Shown here: positions 63,801 to 64,000 of the stretch, in pieces
How the letters are laid out: every line of letters starts with the position of its first letter
Position numbering within the stretch: position 1 is the first letter of the stretch
NCBI GenBank assembly: GCA_951406725.2
Contig: OX597827.1
Coordinates: 55,056,001-55,120,000 of the forward strand
Length of the DNA: 64,000 bases
Direction: 5' to 3'
Source of the DNA: Octopus vulgaris
Taxonomy: Eukaryota
Translations under genes and position numbers: made by a program
Notes under the pieces: model-generated
Seen by the model: the letters and a program-made list of their open reading frames with translations, nothing else
Told to the model about the DNA's origin: nothing
The model's database searches: none

Positions 63801-64000
63801 ATGTTGGGCTGAAAAATGCGGCAGGTGGACCTTGTTGCTGCAGCCTGGGTTGAAAACCATCATAAAAAATCAAACAAAAATCATGAAATTGCTGTCATGA
63901 ACTTGTCAGGGCAACCAAACTTCATCATTATTTTCTGGAGGCCTTGTCTGCTTACAGTAATATCAAACACTACCAGCTGTAAGCATGGGAATCCTTGTTC

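Overview
AT-rich, repeat-saturated eukaryotic genomic DNA, most likely from a coleoid cephalopod (octopus-like, inferred from the style of the tRNA-derived SINEs, RTE LINEs and (TA)n/(CA)n load). The only clear host gene is the 3' end of a neuralized-family RING E3 ligase on the + strand. It has a 120-nt exon encoding the end of the second NHR domain (36597-36716) and a terminal exon encoding a Ser/Thr/Asn-rich linker plus C3HC4 RING (40875-41542), followed by a repeat-poor 3' UTR. I found no other exon upstream, so 1-36596 is probably one very long intron. The rest is transposon debris: a full-length dead mariner, a 3.3-kb RTE LINE with a PHD-like finger in ORF2, older RTE/BovB-like fragments (one with three tandem C2H2 fingers), at least four SINE families, TTAA-flanked and hAT MITEs, and microsatellites. 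Almost all ORFs in the supplied track are artefacts. The most notable unexplained signals are several Penelope-type hammerhead-ribozyme-like motifs (two in the sense orientation of the neuralized intron), repeated local fold-back inverted duplications, and a possible pseudoknot in the neuralized 3' UTR. I do not see convincing evidence of a wholly new multi-gene system. Repeat boundaries were read by eye and are approximate unless TSDs/TIRs are given.
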